The notes beneath the pieces are model-generated. The model had not been told where the DNA came from and did no database searches. It saw nothing but the letters and a program-made list of their open reading frames with translations. From Atractiella rhizophila (lineage: Eukaryota), in the NCBI GenBank assembly GCA_021432655.1, contig MU271301.1, positions 1 to 64,000 on the forward strand: DNA of 64,000 nucleotides, given 5' to 3'. A program made the position numbers and the translations under genes. Positions 26,878 to 39,793 of this stretch are shown here, piece by piece (position 1 is the stretch's first letter; each line of letters begins with the position of its first letter).

Positions 26878-29463
26878 TCAAGCAAGGTAATTGTACACAT
26901 CTCTCTTGCCATCAGCTCTCTCCATATACTCTCGCTCTATCAAGCTATCAATAGCCTTCTTCACCTCGCTCATGTCGACCTTGAAGCGATCCTTAATCTG
27001 TCCAATGAGCTCCATAATCAGCTCAGAGTGCTTCAACGTCTTCCGACTTTTCAGTATTCGAACGATGGCCGCTTCAAGGTAGGGACGACGATCTTGCAAA
27101 ACACGCTCGTTCGTCTTCTCATTCTCTTCCGTCTACATCCGTCATCATTGGTGTGAAGTACTCTTTGATATAATTAAAAAACGTACGCTTTCTTTAAGCT
27201 GGATCTGATTGATTTTTAGGCGATAGTGATCGTCTTTGAAAAGATGGTTGAACGAAAATTCGTCCGTCTCGTCCACGTCCTTGCAAGCATTGAGACCTTT
27301 CAAAGCTAATTCGGCCACGAAAGACGTACCCTTCCTTTCGGATGCTTTGTTAGAACTCTGACCTTCCCACACGCTAGACTTTGTAGAGTGAGTTTTAACG
27401 TCTTCTCCTCTGCTCAACTTGTTTCAGCTTTCTGTGACAGCAGAGAATAAATATCTTGCGCACCTAGCTTCGTCTCGTCCCTAATAGCCTCGTAGCTGAT
27501 CATCTCGTCCTCTTTCTTGTCCTCAAACAGCAGCATGATGACACACTGGCTCAAAGCCAAATTCAACTCTTTCGTTCCCCTTTTAAACTTGGTCTTCAGC
27601 GTCACGCTTGTCAACGAATGCTCGAATTGTAGTTTGCGCCCGGAATGCTTCGAGACGTAGTAATATTTGAACTTGTCGAGCTGACTCTGCATGCTTTCCG
27701 GAATAATGACGTCCATGGGAGGATATGACGGCCAATTGCCTCTAGAGAGAACGTAGACATGTAGCTCGCTGGTTGGCGCGTGTAATTTAAACAACTTCAT
27801 GAAGTCGTTCGACACCTCAATATCCTTGAACATGGTCTCAAGTTTCGCTGTCCATCCTGCTCCACACTCTGCAGGGGTCATTAGAGAAGAAAAAGAAAAT
27901 TGTAGAAGAGCATACCTTCTCGCAATTTAAGCAACAGTCGTCGTTCTGTATCTGTCGAGGCACTCTTGTTTAACAGCAGACGCCTAGCTAAATCTCTCTG
28001 GAAATGTGCCTCGAAAACGTCCTTCCCTATTCGTCATCCGTCACGAATAGTTTCACAACAACTTCCAGCAATGGTTGGACAAACCTTGAGTCAGCCTGAA
28101 GATCCAGAGTGCACCATTAAGAGCCTCCTCCATCTCCGCGTCGCTCATCTCCTTATTTCCCGTCCTCAATTTTTGGTCCACAAAGCGCGCAATACACTCC
28201 GCGGGTTTGTTCTCTCTCGCATTGATCGCACTTTCGAACGCATCCCTCTGCGCTTGCTTGAACGCCTTACTTCCCCCAAGTTTCTCCACAATCTCGTCCG
28301 ACCTCGTTTTTAGCTCCAAAAGGCATGGCACAAGCTCGTTGTCTGCAATGGGTGGTAATACGCAGGCGAGCGCGAGGGTCTTGAGATGGGACTGGAATAG
28401 GTCGCGCATCGATTTGAGGAGGTCGACCCGGCGAAGGAGGGAAGCGAGGCTCCGAATGTCGTCTAAACGTCGATCGTCCATCATGCGCGGTAAGCCCCTC
28501 TGCAGTATGATCTCACCCCGCGAACCACCTATGAGTTCTTTCAGTGCGAGCTCGACTACCTCTGTTGGGCTGAGGATCAGTAGCTCGCATCGCGCCCGCT
28601 CGCTTTTCAGCCGTGTTTGTGTATGTGAGACGTAGTCCCATGGCGCCAATTCATCCGCTATCAACCGCTCGGCCTCGGATGAATAGTAAGTGGAGGTGGA
28701 GGATACGAAGGGGGCGTAGAATAGCGACTGGTGAAGCGAATGGGAAAGACTGGAAAGATGCGACAGAACAGATGTGCAAAGAGGGAGAGAAACGTGTGTA
28801 CCGTCTCGATCGGCGGTGATGAGTGTGAGGAAGGTAGTTTGGAGTTTGGTGCCTAGGACTGATGGCAGGGATGTCCGTGAAGCGAGGAGCGAGAGAGAAA
28901 GGTCCCTGCTCAACTTTCAGACGCTGACACATCAAAGTAAGAGCAGCGAACCATAGAGATAGCAGATTTGGACGCTTTAGAACATAGTTCCTGTCCAGTG
29001 GGAGGAAGACTGCACGCATGACGAGCTATCATGGAACATAACTCAACAACCAGGGCGTCTCTGACAGAGGGAAGGAGCTCACAACTTTCCTGAAATAGGC
29101 TTTGAGCTCAGAGTCAACATGGGCTAGCCATTCCTCCTCCCGACCAACAGCCACTCTTTGCTCAAGATCCTCCACAACCTTCGCCGCCTTCAGCTCAACT
29201 TCAGCCCTGACGCCATCGTACAACATCTCGTTATCCTCCTTCGTCGCAGACGTCACCAAGCCTTCGCATGTCGAGTATAGTGTCTGATAAGGTAGACCAT
29301 TCTCGTTCGATTGATTGAACAGCTGGCGAAGTGAGGTAAGCAGGGTCGCAATGCTTGAGCTGCTTGAAGCGGGAGAGCAAGTCGACGATCGCTTATTCTT
29401 GATTACCAGCTTTTTTGGACCGCGCAAACGATCCACTTCTGCAGAGACTTTGGGGTTAAACAT
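26878..29463 (-). CDS. Cullin, most similar to cullin-4 (multi-exon)
   Basis: KKLVIKN at the N-terminus; KPAECIARFVDQKLR; GKDVFEAHFQRDLARRLLL; ECGAGWTAKLETMFKDI; neddylation domain EAAIVRILKSRK...IDSLIEREYMER...YNYLA*. The start codon is uncertain. Confidence 0.9.
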
Positions 29464-30280
29464 TTTGACAACCCTTGAAGCAGAGCGAACACGTCCTTTT
29501 GCTGTGGAGGTGCTTTTCAGAACTGCTAGAGTGGAGCAAAGTCAGGAGAAACTAAAGACGATACCAAGTCATCCTGCTCACGTGATTTCCGAAGAACCAT
29601 CGAACGTTGAATCTGCTTGGTTATAATCTGTTATAATGCTTGGTGGCCTATAGCAGGAGCAAAGCAGTACGGATCTTGGTGCGTGATGAACAGATTGTGG
29701 CCTGAGCTGCTTCAAAAGTTTGTCGATTGCGCGCCGTGGCAGCTTCATGACTGGTCTCATCAGAGTCCGCGCTGCTCAAGAGCTCTCATTGCATCTCCTA
29801 ACCTTTCCATATGATCAATACTTCACTGCATACTTGAGCGTGACTTTCTAGACAATGTTGCTGGTAAATGAATGAATGAATTCCTACGTATTCCCTTGGC
29901 CAGTAGCGGGTTGGTTCAGTCAAGTGACTGGCGTCATTGGCAGGGTCCAATCCTAGTAAAATGAAGCGTAATATCTTGTGCTATCGAATTTATGGTTAAA
30001 GAATTATGTTCTTGTATCCCATGGAGAATGAATGGAGTCGTTCAACAAGAGTCTGCCAGGCCATGACTGCAAAACGATGCAATATATCATAGCAGATTAC
30101 AGTTTTCTACATCTTCAATCTTGGTGGAGCTGCTTGAAGTGGCTTGTATGGTGTTTACCGTTGAATGAGTCTTGCTTGCTCAACTCTCTAATGTATGTCT
30201 TGGACTCTTGTTGAAGTTACTGACTCGTACCCTACCCCATAGAAAAGAAAAGAACTCCCCCGAATATTTCTTTAACAAAG

Positions 30281-31768
30281 ATGAAGGGCCTACTGGCCTC
30301 CCTTTTCTGCCTCTTTCCCAGCGCTCCACCGCCTACACCCGACATCACTCCCCCTCTTCCCCCGGAAATCATTCTTCACATCATCTCCTTCCTTCCTCTT
30401 TGCTCTCTTCGCCATGTCACTCTAGTATCGAAAGCATTCCGTGCACTCTCCCTCCCATACCTCTTCCGACACCTCGAACTCAAACACAAAAACTATAAGT
30501 CGCTCCACGACGTAATATCCGGCAATGAAGGATACCGTCGCTTTGTTCGGACGCTTAGGATGCAACAGGAGCCAGCAAGCCTCTACGACCACTGTACTAC
30601 TTGGGAAGAACTAGTACACTTTGCTGGGATGGTGCCGCAAGTGTCGGCACTGGAGATCATCACCTTCTACAAGGCAGAAGGCTCCGATGTTATACCTTTA
30701 CCAAAGATGGAGAATCTGTGTCGACTCAAGATTGTGATCTTAACACGGAGCGAGATCGATGCACACTTGCTTCTTCCCCACCTTCATTATTCAAGAGGCC
30801 TTAAGATTCTTAATCTGCGACGAACCATTCTAAGACCTTCACAGGAGACTCCGTTCACGTTCGCATTGGAGAGTTTAACGCTGCACCAGGCCGTGTGTAC
30901 AAACGCCTTGGATCTGTTCCAGGCTTCGCAGTACACGTTGACGCATCTTTCGATCGACGATATATCGTTCTCAAGAAGCGCGAAAGATATGTTCGATCTC
31001 GTGATGCTCTTCAAGAGACAGCTGCGAGAGCTCCGGATCGAATTCTTCAACCACGTCGAGTTTAGCGTCGTCAAACTAGATTTGCGTCAACTGCCAGTTC
31101 TGAAGATTCTCAAATGGTGGGAGTTTCGAATCGACGGAGCTCTTCTTTATGGTGCACCCTCTCTGCTCGGTTGCACTGGCTTGGAGGAGCTCTCGATCTT
31201 CAAACTTGGAGTTCAGACTCTCCCTGGAACACCGTCTATGCGCCTTCGCAGGATATCGCTTTACGGTCACAGACACCGATACGATGTAGAGACATGCATC
31301 GCACTTTTCTCTTCTTCTAAGCCCTCACTTCGCTCCCTCATGATGGACGGATGCTTCAACGCCCCTGCCGATTACCTTTTTCTTGTCCAATCCATATGTA
31401 CTACCCGAACGGCTGTAAGGATGGTCGCCTACGCGCAAGACAAAGGAGTGGAAGAAGTTGTCTCCAAGTCTGACATCCGTTTCTTGTCGATCAAGGGAGC
31501 GACAGACACGGTAGAACTGAGAGGTGAGAGCAAGGTTGAATACCTACATCTCACGCAGGAACACCCGGTAAAGGCTATTCTCCTCCCCAACTTGAGGGTA
31601 TTATACCTGGATTGCGTGAGCCCAAATCAAAAGGTAGGGGAGATCGATGCCAGGATCACTCTGGTGAGAGGAGTAGAAGATGAGGCGGAACAAAGGTGGA
31701 AGAGCGCGGTGGAGGAAATGCAAGATTCGATGTGCTGGGACGACGACCTGGGGAAATTGACTGTTTGA
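30281..31768 (+). CDS. F-box protein with leucine-rich (RNI-like) repeats, single exon
   Basis: F-box PLPPEIILHIISFLPLCSLRHVTLVSKAFRALSLPYLFRHL followed by repeated LxxLxL segments (LESLTL, LTHLSI, LRELRI, LEELSI, LRSLMM). Confidence 0.85.
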   Translation: MKGLLASLFCLFPSAPPPTPDITPPLPPEIILHIISFLPLCSLRHVTLVSKAFRALSLPYLFRHLELKHKNYKSLHDVISGNEGYRRFVRTLRMQQEPASLYDHCTTWEELVHFAGMVPQVSALEIITFYKAEGSDVIPLPKMENLCRLKIVILTRSEIDAHLLLPHLHYSRGLKILNLRRTILRPSQETPFTFALESLTLHQAVCTNALDLFQASQYTLTHLSIDDISFSRSAKDMFDLVMLFKRQLRELRIEFFNHVEFSVVKLDLRQLPVLKILKWWEFRIDGALLYGAPSLLGCTGLEELSIFKLGVQTLPGTPSMRLRRISLYGHRHRYDVETCIALFSSSKPSLRSLMMDGCFNAPADYLFLVQSICTTRTAVRMVAYAQDKGVEEVVSKSDIRFLSIKGATDTVELRGESKVEYLHLTQEHPVKAILLPNLRVLYLDCVSPNQKVGEIDARITLVRGVEDEAEQRWKSAVEEMQDSMCWDDDLGKLTV

Positions 31769-32827
31769 TTGAAAGGGCGTCTCCATCTCCTCTCTTCCCT
31801 TTGCCGTTAACCGACATCCCCGTCCCTTCCGGAATTTCCTCAACCAAGGACTGACGCTTCCCTAGTCCACACGGAACAGAAAAATTGGGATTCCACATAT
31901 CTACGACGATCTCCTGCTTCTGTCGCCCGTCGCTTCGAACCAAAGAATCCTTCCGTTGCGTCGTCGAAACGATGACGCGTTCATTTCATTTCATTTCCCT
32001 ACGTACCCGAATATTTTCGACAGCACGGTCCATCTCGAGCAAAGCACACCGAGATAAAATCCCTTCTCAACTACCACACTCAAGCCCAAAGCGATGCTTG
32101 AATGACGCCGCAGAATAATCCCCCACAACCTTCCCAAAGTCTTTTCTCTTTCCTTCCCGATGTACATGCGAAAGTCTCTCCCACGCGAATCTTGGTACGT
32201 CGGGAACCCTACGTAGGGTGTCGGACTGGACAGACAACAACCCACGATAGGTTGGAGCACGGGCCGCCTGCTTCTGCTTCTAGATGCAATCCGACGAACA
32301 CTATCGAAGAAGAGAAATTCAAGGTGTGGCATCATGGGGCATAGCGGAGGCGGGATCGTGAGACGATCTGGGGAACATTGGAGGGATCATTTTTAGGACA
32401 ACAACAAGGGCCTATACCCTTATGCCACTGATCGTTCGTTCGCCCTGAAGACTTCTTGCAAGTGCTTTCGTGTGCCTGTTTAGACAAGCGTAGTGCGAAT
32501 TGGGTGCAATTAATCTGTCAATGTTCTGTGACACTTCTCGAATAATGTCATCTCAAATCTTTCCGTCCGCTTTCAGGGTGCTCCGCTGCTTTGGGTTGTT
32601 CTCCAGGTGTTCTGTCATCGATCGGCACAACGTCCCCCAATTTTGGTTCCATTGCTATCTGTGAGAAGTGTCACGGAACCATTTTGGAACAGTATAAGAA
32701 CGTCGTCCACAAATGTTCTCTCACCCGCTTCAGCCTGCCTCCCCTGATTATTGCATCTTCTCCATCATATTCACCAATCACATCCACGGGTAGAGAACAA
32801 TCCACTGCCAAAATTCCAATCCAGGAT

Positions 32828-35649
32828 ATGGACATAAAGACCAAATCCTCGAAAGGTCAATTGGGATTCATCCCAAAACTGCACTCGTCCGTCTTTTATT
32901 GATATATTCGTCATTGGGATGGGGACGTGACAATCAACTTCGCAGAATGGTGGAGAATCCTCAGCTGCAGGACCTCATCTCTTGGGCTCCAGCAGGGCTT
33001 CACTTCACAGTGCACAACCATGCTGAGTTCTCCAAGAAGGTATTACCTAACGTGAGCACTTGGCTTCTTCTAAGTGACGGCTGTTGACCATGCGGTTATG
33101 TTTGGCATTTCAGTTCTTCAAACATTCGAATTGGCAGAGCTTGTATGTCACTCCCTTCCATTTAGTCGTTCTACAAACGGAGATTCTGCACTCGTGCTGA
33201 CATAGATGTGGGGTGGTGCAGCGTCAGGCAGCTCAACAGTGAGCCTCCCCTTTCTTCTCCACAGATCGCGATCTTTGTCTAATCCGATCCGTTCTTCGAG
33301 TGTACGGCTTCCACAAAGTATGTCGCTCATTCTTCTAAGAATACATCGTTAAACTGAGGAATGCGCTGCGACAGGTCAACGACATGTTTACAGGCGTCCA
33401 AAACACTTCCGACAAGTCTTCCACCATTTGGGAATTCCAACACTCCGAGTTCCGTCGTGACGAGCCTGAGCTCATGAGAAACATCAAGCGGAAGACGGTC
33501 ACACGGAACAATGCGCATTCGTCTTCGAGAGGAAGCGGCATCAAGGGAGAGAAGGCCCAGATTGTCGAGCTCAGCCATTCCGGAGATGAGGACGAGAGCA
33601 ACGACGAATTGATGGACGCTCCGATCATGGGACGGTTCCCCATTATGCAGCAGAGGAGGTCGTTCACTGGGAGTTCGGTGCCAGCATCGTACACATCGAC
33701 GAATCGACGGCCAGCAACATCGGATGCCAGATACGAGCATCGACCCTGCATTTCATATCCAGTACAACCAACTGCAGTAGTCGTGGAAGACATCCCCTTC
33801 GCACATACTATCGATCAAGTTCAACTACGCCCTCCCTCATTCCCCGCCTCTTCTGCGATTTCTGTACCCCCAGCACCTGCCCCGATCCTTGAACGACCAA
33901 CTCAACCTCCTTCTTCAGCTTCTTCTCACTCCTCATGCTCTCCACAACCTTCTTTCCCATATGCCCCTCCACCTCCACTCGTGGATCGAAAATTCAGTGC
34001 TGCAGAACTCGCTTACGCTCCATTGGGCATGCCAACGCTGACAACAACCACCTCGGCTACCTCTATCTCAACATCTGCACACGTACACGTTCCTCTTTCC
34101 ACAATCCAACAGCGGCCTACGACTCCCACACCGAGCTTGTTGGATCTCCAACAGGCCTTGAATGGACTGGATCGGCGACTGTCAGATCTTAGTCAAGAGC
34201 TGTACAATTCGCGCAACGAGACTCTGTTGGAGAAGGAGCGGACGAGCGAGATTTTGAAGGCAATGATGAGAGCAGTGGTGCGGATGGAAGCGGGAGGAAT
34301 TGTCGATGAGGATATTGAGAGGGCGAAGGCCAGATTGATAGAGTTGGACAACGAGATCGAGGATCAGAAGCAAAAGCAAAGGCGGAAGTTGGAGCAGACG
34401 ATTGCTCACCATCATCCCCTTCCACCTCAACCACATCTGACTCCATCCGGAACCCACCTCACTCACCCCAATTCTTTGCAAAATCTGAGGGAAAATCAAG
34501 GCGTATTCAACGAAATTTCATACTCTCACCATCTCGGTCATCATACGCCACAGCTCCCTCTCCCCCCAGTCGCACATCGAGCTACTCTGCTCAACCGCCC
34601 TTCAACAACCGGAAGCAAGAATGACCTCCTGCTCCCTCCTCCCGTCAGATCGAACTACGACGAATTCGCCTTTCGGCCACCAAGCCCTCCACTCACGATG
34701 AGCTCGAGCATCTCTTCCAATGGGAATGGGATCACATTGGCCCCAGGACAAAAGACAACCCTTCCTTCGATCCATAGCTTGATCAACGACATGGATCTAG
34801 GAATTGTGGGGGAAAAGCCGATGTGGGAAGAAAAGGAGATGGTGAAGCTTGTTGGATCTCCAACAGGCCTTGAATGGACTGGATCGGCGACTGTCAGATC
34901 TTAGTCAAGAGCTGTACAATTCGCGCAACGAGACTCTGTTGGAGAAGGAGCGGACGAGCGAGATTTTGAAGGCAATGATGAGAGCAGTGGTGCGGATGGA
35001 AGCGGGAGGAATTGTCGATGAGGATATTGAGAGGGCGAAGGCCAGATTGATAGAGTTGGACAACGAGATCGAGGATCAGAAGCAAAAGCAAAGGCGGAAG
35101 TTGGAGCAGACGATTGCTCACCATCATCCCCTTCCACCTCAACCACATCTGACTCCATCCGGAACCCACCTCACTCACCCCAATTCTTTGCAAAATCTGA
35201 GGGAAAATCAAGGCGTATTCAACGAAATTTCATACTCTCACCATCTCGGTCATCATACGCCACAGCTCCCTCTCCCCCCAGTCGCACATCGAGCTACTCT
35301 GCTCAACCGCCCTTCAACAACCGGAAGCAAGAATGACCTCCTGCTCCCTCCTCCCGTCAGATCGAACTACGACGAATTCGCCTTTCGGCCACCAAGCCCT
35401 CCACTCACGATGAGCTCGAGCATCTCTTCGAATGGGATCACATTGGCGCCAGGACAAAAGACAACCCTTCCTTCGATCCATAGCTTGATCAACGACATGG
35501 ATCTAGGAATTGTGGGGGAAAAGCCGATGTGGGAAGAAAAGGAGATGGTGAGAGAGGCTGCGAGCGTCCCAAAGAGGAGGTGGAGCGACGTAGCGGACGA
35601 ACAGGAGGTGGCTGAGGGAGGGTTGGAGAAGAAGACGAGAATCGAGTGA
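32828..35649 (+). CDS. HSF-type DNA-binding transcription factor, with an internal tandem duplication in the last exon
   Basis: Spliced DNA-binding domain FIPKLHS|MVENPQLQDLISWAPAGLHFTVHNHAEFSKKVLPN|FFKHSNWQSF|VRQLN|MYGFHK|VNDMF...WEFQHSEFRRDEPELMRNIKRK, then a coiled coil. As assembled the frame stops at 34904; the presumed original C-terminus ends at 35649. Confidence 0.9.
34134..35551. repeat. Tandem direct duplication, 712 bp + 706 bp
   Basis: 34134-34845 is repeated at 34846-35551. The differences I could see are one 6-bp AATGGG indel and two nearby substitutions. Confidence 0.97.
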
Positions 35650-36682
35650 GCCCCGTTCGATTTTCCTGTCTTTTTCCACTGGAATGTCGCTTGCTGTTGC
35701 TGTTGGTGTTGAATGTATCAAAACGCGTTTGCATTCGGTACCGTTCAGCATATGGGATCAGTTGATTGTGAAAAAATCTTTCCCTTAATATCCCCTTAGC
35801 TTAGTACTTCTTGGTTGTTGATAAAAGTCTCGTTCTCCTCTATCCACTTCCTCACAAACTCTTAGCCTTATCCAGTCCATCGGTATACTCGTCAAGAGCA
35901 TATTTAATTCGCCACTGTCTTTCTTCGTTTTTCCTCTTGTCGATAGTGATCATTTCTCCCATTCTTGTGAACGATCAGGCATTATTCACGTTCGTCCTGA
36001 CATTGGCTGTTGTATTCGTCAGATTTCTTCCTCCCTTTCTTCATGTCATCTCATCTCTTGTATTTTTTGTGTTGAACTCGTCACAAACTACGTATCAGAG
36101 AAACAAGAATTAGGTTGTCTTCGTTTCATCCGTCCTTCGTGCAATTTTGGCCTACTACATCAGTTACCCTCAATGAAATAGTAATCTATAATTTACACAC
36201 AATACGTGATGGTAGATTGAGGGCAAAGTATCGACTTCACGACCTTAGCGATGTTGTTACTGATGCATGTCATCTGGAGCGTAAAACAATTTTGGTTGCT
36301 CCGCTACTAGTACCCCCCATCGTTTCGTTGTCAAGTCAGAATTGCAAGTGGAAGTTTCTTACTCCCGCTTAGAGCTCGCCGTATGCCGCTCAGAGCAACA
36401 CTCAAAAAATTCAAGACTGCATGATCAGATATTTGTTGAGAATGATTTCAATTTATTCTTGTTCCGTTCATCATCTTCCATCAAAGAGAACACAAATGCG
36501 ACCAACAGCTTCGAACGAGTCAACGATTCACAGGAAATCCACAAGTGTCGAAAGAAGTGGCGTGGCAACTTGCCTTGTTGAAGATTGAAGAAAAAGAATG
36601 AGGTAAAGTTGCAGCAGAGAGAAACAGAGAGTTTGCATCTAGGACGAAGTGACAAAAGGGAGAGTGGAGGGTGGTACAGGCA

Positions 36683-39600
36683 CTATCTCGTATACGGTAC
36701 AAGAAGCGGGTCGTAATCATCCTCAAATTCTTTGTCCACAATGCCTCCAGTCAACGTGGCGTCCTTTTCCATAGCAGGGGCAGAAAGAGGCGAATTCTCG
36801 ACACGAGTCGAGGCTGAAGACCAGACGTCGTTCCAGAGAGAAGTGGGGACTTTTGGAGCTGTCATTGAAGAAGCCGGCGTGAACGGAGAGTAATGTTGAC
36901 CAGTGATACCAGGCATGGCGGCTGAGGCATTCGGAAGTTCGATGGAGAGCGTAGACGAGCGACTGCCCCGAGTTTTCGTTTGAGGGCTGAAACTCTTCGC
37001 ATCTGGGTTCAGGGCAGCAGGGCGACGGGGAGGAGCAGCGCGTTGAGTGTCGTAACCAGTGAAGTATGGGCCATAAGCAGCAGCCGGTAAGTTTGTCGTT
37101 CGTGGAGTTGGAGAGATAGGTTCAAACACCAGGCCATCATCCCGTCGAGGAAGAGCCATACCTCCCAATTCTCCAACCGATCGATACCCAATTTCTTCCC
37201 CATCTTCATCAGATAATCCGTAGTGTGGCCAAGATCCCAAGTTTGAAGGCGGAGCATCCTCTTGCTGTTCCAAGAGATCGAACAGTTGCGAAGGGAGCAA
37301 GGCAGCCTGATGCGGAGTCACGGGGCTTGCGGGAACCGCGGTGGGAGCCTCAGACTCTGGGGTAGACGTAACGGCGTCCGTTGGGAGCAGACCATTGTTC
37401 ATGAACTGGAATGGAAGCGAAATAGGCGGGGCGTGGCAGGTAGAACCGAGACCGAAAGAACCAAATGGCGCAGATTCCTCTTGAATCAAGGAGTTCCTTT
37501 TCGACGAAAAGTTAGAACCAGAGCCGATGGCACCATGCACGTTTTCCATAGAGCTTGAAGACCTGTTAGCAGAATTTTTCCGATCGCGGTAGTGTTGTAA
37601 TCGATGTTCGTAGAAACCTGGCAGAGCGAATGGCGGCTCATGCGCAGAAGCAGATCCCACAGCACCAATAGAGGAGGCGAGAGAAGATTTCGGGTGGAAT
37701 TCGCTGGAATAGGCCGAGAGAGCAGACGCCGTCGGAAAGGACACAGCTTCGTGAGCGTCCTCCTCTGGCATCATCTTGAGTGGTGAGTCCTGCGAATCTG
37801 TCGGGGAACAATCGGGACTGTTAGCGACTGGAACGGATGTGCATGTTTCAGGTGTCGACACATAGACAACACCACCGGTAACAATTTGAGGCAGCGTAGA
37901 AGGAGGAGATGAGTCGACAGAAGGAGGTTTGGGAGCCGCAAGGATGGCCGAAGGGACAAAAGGCTTAGCAGCGTGAGCTCGTAAACCCCTCCGACCTCTT
38001 CGCCTCCGCTCAAGTTGCTCCTTCTTTTCCGTAACCTCCTTTTGTAACCTCTGAAGTTTCTCAGAGCCAGCAACGAGATTCTCCGCATTCTTCATCTCTT
38101 CCACTTCCTCGACCGCCTTCTCTTTCTTCTTTTTCAACTCCTTCTTCAGCTCCTCCACCTTCTTCTCTCTCTCATCCTTCTCCTTCTCCTTCCTCTCAAC
38201 TCTTGCAATATCCACCTTCGCCCTTTCCAGTTTGTTTTCCGCATCCCTTCTCCTCTTCTTCACCTCATCCAACTTCTTTTCCTCCTCCTTCTCCACTGCT
38301 TCAACTTCTCTCTTCTGCTCTTCAAGCTTTTTGACTTTGGATTTCAGATCGGATCGCACTCGATCTTCTTCCTTCTTTCTATCTTTGAGATCGTTAAGTT
38401 CACTTTGGAGTTTGGATTCCTGGGTTTCGAAGCTAGTTTCTACTTCGTTGATTTGAGCTTTGAGATTGGATACAACTGTGGAGTTCGGTGTCGTTGGTGT
38501 TGGAAGCGAGGCCGACGGCGCGGCGTTTGAGGCTGCACCACTAACATTACTACTCTTGGAGGCCGGTTCGCTACCCGATCTGGACCGCTTGTCCCTTACA
38601 GAATGCGGATTTGGATTCGAGTTTCCTCTCGATCTCGTGCCTTCCAAAGCAGCGGGAGACTTCGGCGTTGCAGTGTTAATGTCGTCTTCCACGCTTCGAT
38701 TCGAATGTTGACGGTCCAGTGTGTTCGCGTTGAGATATCCGGTTGTCGTAGAGGGAGTAGAGGTCGAAGTACGCGTCTTACCCGTCCGCTTGAGCGCTGC
38801 AGGACTGATGGGACTCGGACGACGTTGGCCAGCGCGGAAGACGGGCTGGCGTACGATGTTGTAGAGGAGCGAGCAGAAGACCGATGGTAGGTGGTAGGAG
38901 GAGCGAGCCCGTTAGAGCCGGTCGAAGCGGATAGGTTCGTGTTCGAGGTATTAGAGTGTTGGAAGGCAGCAGGAGAGTCCGAGGAGTCTGACGCCGCTTC
39001 TACCGCTCACTATTTTAACGCAGACTCAAATGAAGAGAGACTAGTATATACCTTCCTCCAATTCATCCTCATCCTCAATGTGAACCCGGAACTTGACCTC
39101 CTTTTCACCATCCTCATTGACGCCTTTGACGACCTCAACATTGTAAGGGACCTTTCCTTCCAAGTCGGTCTCCTCCTTCACTTCCTCCATCTTGATTACG
39201 CTCTTCCCAACCCTCTCGATATCCTCATTCGCGTCATCATACAGTCCATCGTCAAGTTTCCACCACCTCCCGAAAGCGCCGAGATAGAACCCCTCACGAC
39301 TGGTCATATTGAAAGACTGGACATCGGTGTTCATCATTAGAGACTTGGTCTTCTCCTTTGCAAGTGGATCCACGAGGGGAAGAGCGAGGTTGGGAGACGT
39401 TTTGGAGGATGCATTCTTTAGGAACTCATGCGTCGAAGCAGTCGAAGATGGCTTCTTCTTCCTTCCAGTCGCTGCAAGACTCTGAGTAGAAGAAGCATGA
39501 CGGTCCGACAGACGCTGCGGTTGAAAAGAGTTCGACACAGCATTGGACATAACAGCCGTGGAGAAGAAAAGGTAGCTCCGTATGACATACGGAGGAGTCC

Positions 39601-39793
39601 TAAGGGTTACTTTGATCCTAAGAATGCAAATGAGCGTCGCAGGCAGAGTGGTGTGAAAAGGCTTACCGATTATTGAAAGTCAAGACATGAGGGGTATTCT
39701 CCACTGGAGAGTGAAGTTTCCTCAAGTGCCGATGAAACGTAAGATCATTCAGGAAATGTCGAAAGAGCGCTTCGTTCGGATTGGTGAGGTAGG
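36683..39793 (-). CDS. Hypothetical protein with a central coiled coil and low-complexity C-terminus (5' exon unresolved)
   Basis: Exons AYLTNPNEALFRHFL...HVLTFNNR, SLRTPPYVIRSY...YLGAFGRWW, and the 669-aa terminal ORF with a K/E coiled coil. A GCTAAC...TTAG acceptor at ~39794 implies an upstream exon. Confidence 0.75.

Noticed and set aside
34845..34850. HindIII site (AAGCTT) at the duplication junction
   Set aside because: The site is not present at either parental end, so it does not support a restriction-ligation chimera; probably chance.
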